Part shown: positions 62,680-64,000 of the stretch, piece by piece | How positions within the stretch are numbered: the first letter of the stretch is position 1 | Layout of the letters: each line of letters opens with the position of its first letter | Origin: Octopus vulgaris | Lineage: Eukaryota | DNA length: 64,000 nucleotides | Assembly (NCBI GenBank): GCA_951406725.2 | Contig: OX597829.1 | Coordinates: 18,662,001 to 18,726,000, forward strand | Direction: 5' to 3' | Translations under genes and position numbers: made by a program | Notes under the pieces: model-generated | The model's input: the letters and a program-made list of their open reading frames with translations, nothing else | The model's database searches: none | What the model was told of the DNA's origin: nothing

Positions 62680-64000
62680 TTTACATATATCATAACGGAC
62701 TCTCCATTGATTTTGACACATGAGGGTCTTACAGCATTTTTCTTTTATTTTTTGTTCTGATGTCTCTGTCTCTTGAAACTTCAGTCCAGCCAGTTGTTTG
62801 CAGAGGAGTCCACAATTTGGACATGAGAGAGGATTGTTAGAGAAAGTGGCTGGCATGTTAATTCAATACTTTGTCTTTGCTCTTAATACTTTCAAATGAT
62901 CCAGATGGCTCAAATGATAGTTCTTAGTGGCTTTATAGCAAGTTAACCTCCATTCATTGCAATTCAGTGAAGTTTCTTCCCAAATGTTTCGATGGAAGGG
63001 TTCTTAGTCACTTTCAGGTTAGCTTTGAGCTTATCCTTGTATCTTAACTGTGGTCTTATATTCCTTCCATCATGGAAATGGTTCTACATAAGGGCTTTTG
63101 GAATTCTGTTGTCACTCATTTCAATAACATAACCAATCCATCTTTAACTGGAATTTCAAAAGAAAAGGTGCAATTCCACTTTTTCTTTCCTTGTTTTTGG
63201 AGAGGTGCTTTGTGGATGCATCCTCATACTTCTGTGATACACATCCAGCTGCCTTCAAAGGACTCAAAAATACTTTTGCACTATCTTTTACATTTAGAGA
63301 ATAGGCCAGCATTCAAAATTCCATCATTCAGGCTATATCCATAAATGGTCTGAAGATTTTGCTTCAGAAAGACATCCAGTTGGTTGATGTGTAATTGAGA
63401 GGGTACCCAGGATACTGGTCCCTACAAGAGAGTAAAAAAGACTACATTCTTATTTCTTTACTGCCCACAAAGGGCTACACACAGAGGTGACAAACAAGGA
63501 CAGACAAATGGATTAAGTTGATTATATTGACCCCAGTGCATAACTGGTACTTAATTTATCAACCCTGAAAAGATGAAAAGCAAAGTCGACCTCAAGAGAG
63601 TCTGAAAGTTGACCATCTGATAAAACAAAAACAAACAAAAAAAAAAACAAAAAAAAACAAAAGAAAAAATGATGACTTAGCATTTTATCAGGTGTACCAG
63701 TTTAGAACTATCCCGAGAGCATTTCTATTGACAATATTGAATGTTTTGGTTAGATCTATGGAAACCACACACAGTTCATGATTTTCCTCACAAACTTTCT
63801 CAGCGATTTGACAAAGTGAAAAGGCCAAGTCAATAGTACCACACCCTGTTCTAAAATCACATTGTGGCTCTGACAGATGGCTTTGATAACATGCATGGTT
63901 ATCCTGTTCAGAATTACTTTTGCCAGAATTTTTTCTGCAATGCATAGGAGTGAGTTTCCACATGAATTATAGCAGACAACTTTTCTTCTCTTGTTTTTGG
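62680..64000 (-). mobile_element. Decayed RTE/BovB-like LINE interrupted by SINE B
   Basis: EPQCDFRTGCGTIDLAF...IDLTKTFNIVNR (RT); RPQLRYKDKLKANLK; CPNCGLLCKQLAGL (C-terminal zinc finger). Confidence 0.75.

Overview
AT-rich, repeat-saturated eukaryotic DNA. The SINE families, RTE LINEs and microsatellite load point to an octopus or other coleoid cephalopod (inference). Most ORFs in the track are artefacts of SINEs and microsatellites. One host gene is supported on the + strand: a CpG-richer promoter with RFX X-box-like and forkhead motifs (about 1.85-2.84 kb), a 5' non-coding exon ending at 2840, a Ser/acidic coding exon (9302-9864) and a phase-compatible 61-bp exon (14679-14739). Its downstream exons were not resolved. 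The rest is transposon-derived: a decayed near-full-length RTE LINE and many 3' fragments; R4/Dong, CR1-group, Tx1/L1 and RTE remnants; Tc1/mariner, Merlin, piggyBac-like (TTAA) and hAT-like DNA elements; three non-autonomous Helitrons; and at least four tRNA-derived SINE families. The most interesting signal is a tRNA-headed SINE carrying a Penelope-type minimal hammerhead ribozyme, which in one case inserted as a Penelope-like inverted composite inside a single TSD. Two unrelated inverted-repeat/hammerhead loci also occur. Other oddities are a SINE flanked by a ~141-bp direct duplication, recurrent head-to-tail SINE dimers within one TSD, multi-left-end piggyBac MITEs and local duplications next to a Helitron. 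Coordinates of decayed repeats are approximate.
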